A stretch of DNA of 38,487 nucleotides from Patescibacteria group bacterium (GTDB taxonomy: Bacteria > Patescibacteriota > Minisyncoccia > Minisyncoccales > Staskawiczbacteraceae): the NCBI GenBank assembly GCA_038065835.1, contig JBBTQB010000029.1, positions 1-38,487 of the forward strand, given 5' to 3'. A program made the position numbers and the translations under genes. The notes under the pieces were generated by a model, which saw only the letters and a program-made list of their open reading frames with translations, had not been told where the DNA came from and made no database searches. This document shows positions 37,406-38,487 of the stretch, in pieces. Each line of letters opens with the position of its first letter. Position 1 is the first letter of the stretch.

Positions 37406-38017
37406 ATGAAGCATAATTTACTATTGTTGTTCTTAGTTTTCACCCTTTTGAGTTGGACAAACTCGGTAACAGCAACAGAGTGCAGAAATGATAGTGACTG
37501 CGCCTCTGCTTCTCTTGGTTCAATATGTAAAGACTATTTACCCCCTCCAAGTGAAAGACTTGGCTATTGTGGATGCAGTGCTGATGCTGATTGTAGTTCT
37601 GGATTATCATGTCAGTCGGGCACTTGTCAAAGTAGCACTACCACGGGAGAAGATACTTACGAGGGAACGGGGGGAACGTGGGGAAGCACTACCACGGGAG
37701 AAGGTAATAGCATTAGACTGCCCAATCCTTTATGTCTCGCTGGAAGTAGTAATCCTTGTGTTCCTAGTCTTACATGTATTTGTGGCTTCCCTGATTTAAT
37801 AACAAGAATTGCTGGTTATATTTTCACCTTAATTGCCGGGTTAGCTGTCATAATGTTTCTTTGGGCAGGTATTCTTTTTGTTACATCGGCTGGGAGCGAA
37901 CAAAAAGTAGCAAGTGCTAAAAGGGTTTTATGGTGGGCTGTAATAGGAACAGGTATTGCAATAGCTGGCAAAGGATTGGTTGCGGTAATAACGGCAGTTG
38001 TTGGTGCTCCTCCATAA
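37406..38017 (+). CDS. Secreted Cys-rich protein with C-terminal TM helices, CPR T4SS-pilin-like
   Basis: Signal peptide, a Cys-rich ectodomain, then ...DLITRIAGYIFTLIAGLAVIMFLWAGILFVTSAGSEQKVASAKRVLWWAVIGTGIAIAG.... Confidence 0.55.
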   Translation: MKHNLLLLFLVFTLLSWTNSVTATECRNDSDCASASLGSICKDYLPPPSERLGYCGCSADADCSSGLSCQSGTCQSSTTTGEDTYEGTGGTWGSTTTGEGNSIRLPNPLCLAGSSNPCVPSLTCICGFPDLITRIAGYIFTLIAGLAVIMFLWAGILFVTSAGSEQKVASAKRVLWWAVIGTGIAIAGKGLVAVITAVVGAPP

Positions 38018-38085
38018 AAAGTGGTATAATTTTAATAAAATAAAGGTCGAGTTTATTTTAAGTTTAGTAAAAGTCTGATAAAAAA

Positions 38086-38427
38086 ATGAACAAAAAATTA
38101 ATTGCATCTTCAGTTTTGACAGTTCTATTATCTATGCCTGCCGTTATCTTAGCTTTTAACCCGGGACCAATACCAAGCCCAGCGCCGGGTTTAAATATCG
38201 GTGATCTTGTTGATATAGTATTCGGTATCCTTTGGCCAGTAGCCGTAGCATTCTTTATTGTTATGTTTGTCATTGCAGCCTTTAAATTCTTTACAGCTCA
38301 GGGAGATCCAGAACAGATAAAAGTGGCAAGAAGCTTCGTAATTTGGGGGGTAGTAGGAGTAGTTGTAGCCTTGTTAGCGTGGTCAATACCATTCATTGTA
38401 AGAAATACACTTGGATCTGGGATATAA
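38086..38427 (+). CDS. TrbC/VirB2-like small pilin-type membrane protein
   Basis: Signal peptide, then two TM helices separated by ...FFTAQGDPEQIKVARSF.... Confidence 0.55.
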   Translation: MNKKLIASSVLTVLLSMPAVILAFNPGPIPSPAPGLNIGDLVDIVFGILWPVAVAFFIVMFVIAAFKFFTAQGDPEQIKVARSFVIWGVVGVVVALLAWSIPFIVRNTLGSGI

Positions 38428-38437
38428 TTTTATTATT

Positions 38438-38463
38438 AGAGTGCAGGATTCGAACTATCATCA
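38438..38463. repeat. Arm of the 26-nt palindromic repeat, copy at the contig end
   Basis: AGAGTGCAGGATTCGAACTATCATCA, identical to 10114-10139 and the reverse complement of 26-51. Confidence 0.8.
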
Positions 38464-38487
38464 GATTGAGAATCTCAAAAATGAGAT

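Noticed and set aside
1-38487. The idea that the window is a circular replicon, because the end (38438-38487) and start (1-51) could pair as one long hairpin
   Set aside because: The termini are inverted copies, not direct ones, so they do not show the overlap expected for a circularised contig. The gene content is chromosomal housekeeping. Assembly breakage at a multi-copy palindrome is the simpler explanation.

Overview
The window looks like a complete metagenomic contig, because both ends stop inside copies of one palindromic repeat. The source appears to be an AT-rich, reduced-genome bacterium of the Patescibacteria/CPR type, judged from the housekeeping genes, DUF5671-like and T4SS-pilin-like membrane proteins, and many genes without a clear Shine-Dalgarno sequence. 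Backbone genes are rpsO, cca, nusA, hppA, tig, clpP, rny, rplS, an RluA-family pseudouridine synthase, ftsH, valS, rpsA and gyrA, plus 14 intact tRNA genes. The unusual part is the load of selfish or structured DNA. (1) Two tRNA genes are each split by a hairpin-bounded insert that carries another complete tRNA gene: Arg(UCG) inside Arg(UCG), and Ala(CGC) inside a Thr(CGU)-like gene. (2) At least four families of short GC-rich palindromic elements are scattered through the AT-rich backbone. Several sit in frame inside essential genes (hppA, gyrA, tig, cca, rluD-like, an MBL hydrolase), in the manner of Rickettsia palindromic elements. One family recurs in the same reading frame in three proteins, and another occurs in two different frames. 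(3) Two multi-helix elements of about 235 and 320 nt have perfect 11-18 bp stems, and one shares its termini with the in-frame insert in cca. (4) ftsH carries a LAGLIDADG intein at sensor-1 and gyrA carries an HNH intein. Two free-standing LAGLIDADG-type ORFs overlap tRNA 5' ends, and there is a LAGLIDADG remnant. (5) GC-rich orphan gene cassettes carry their own promoter and terminator, and two of them share an almost identical promoter block. (6) Two toxin-antitoxin modules are bracketed by repeats. No transposase, integrase, CRISPR array or rRNA gene is visible. Hand-derived coordinates (tRNAs, repeats, inteins) were counted by eye and may be off by 1-2 nt.
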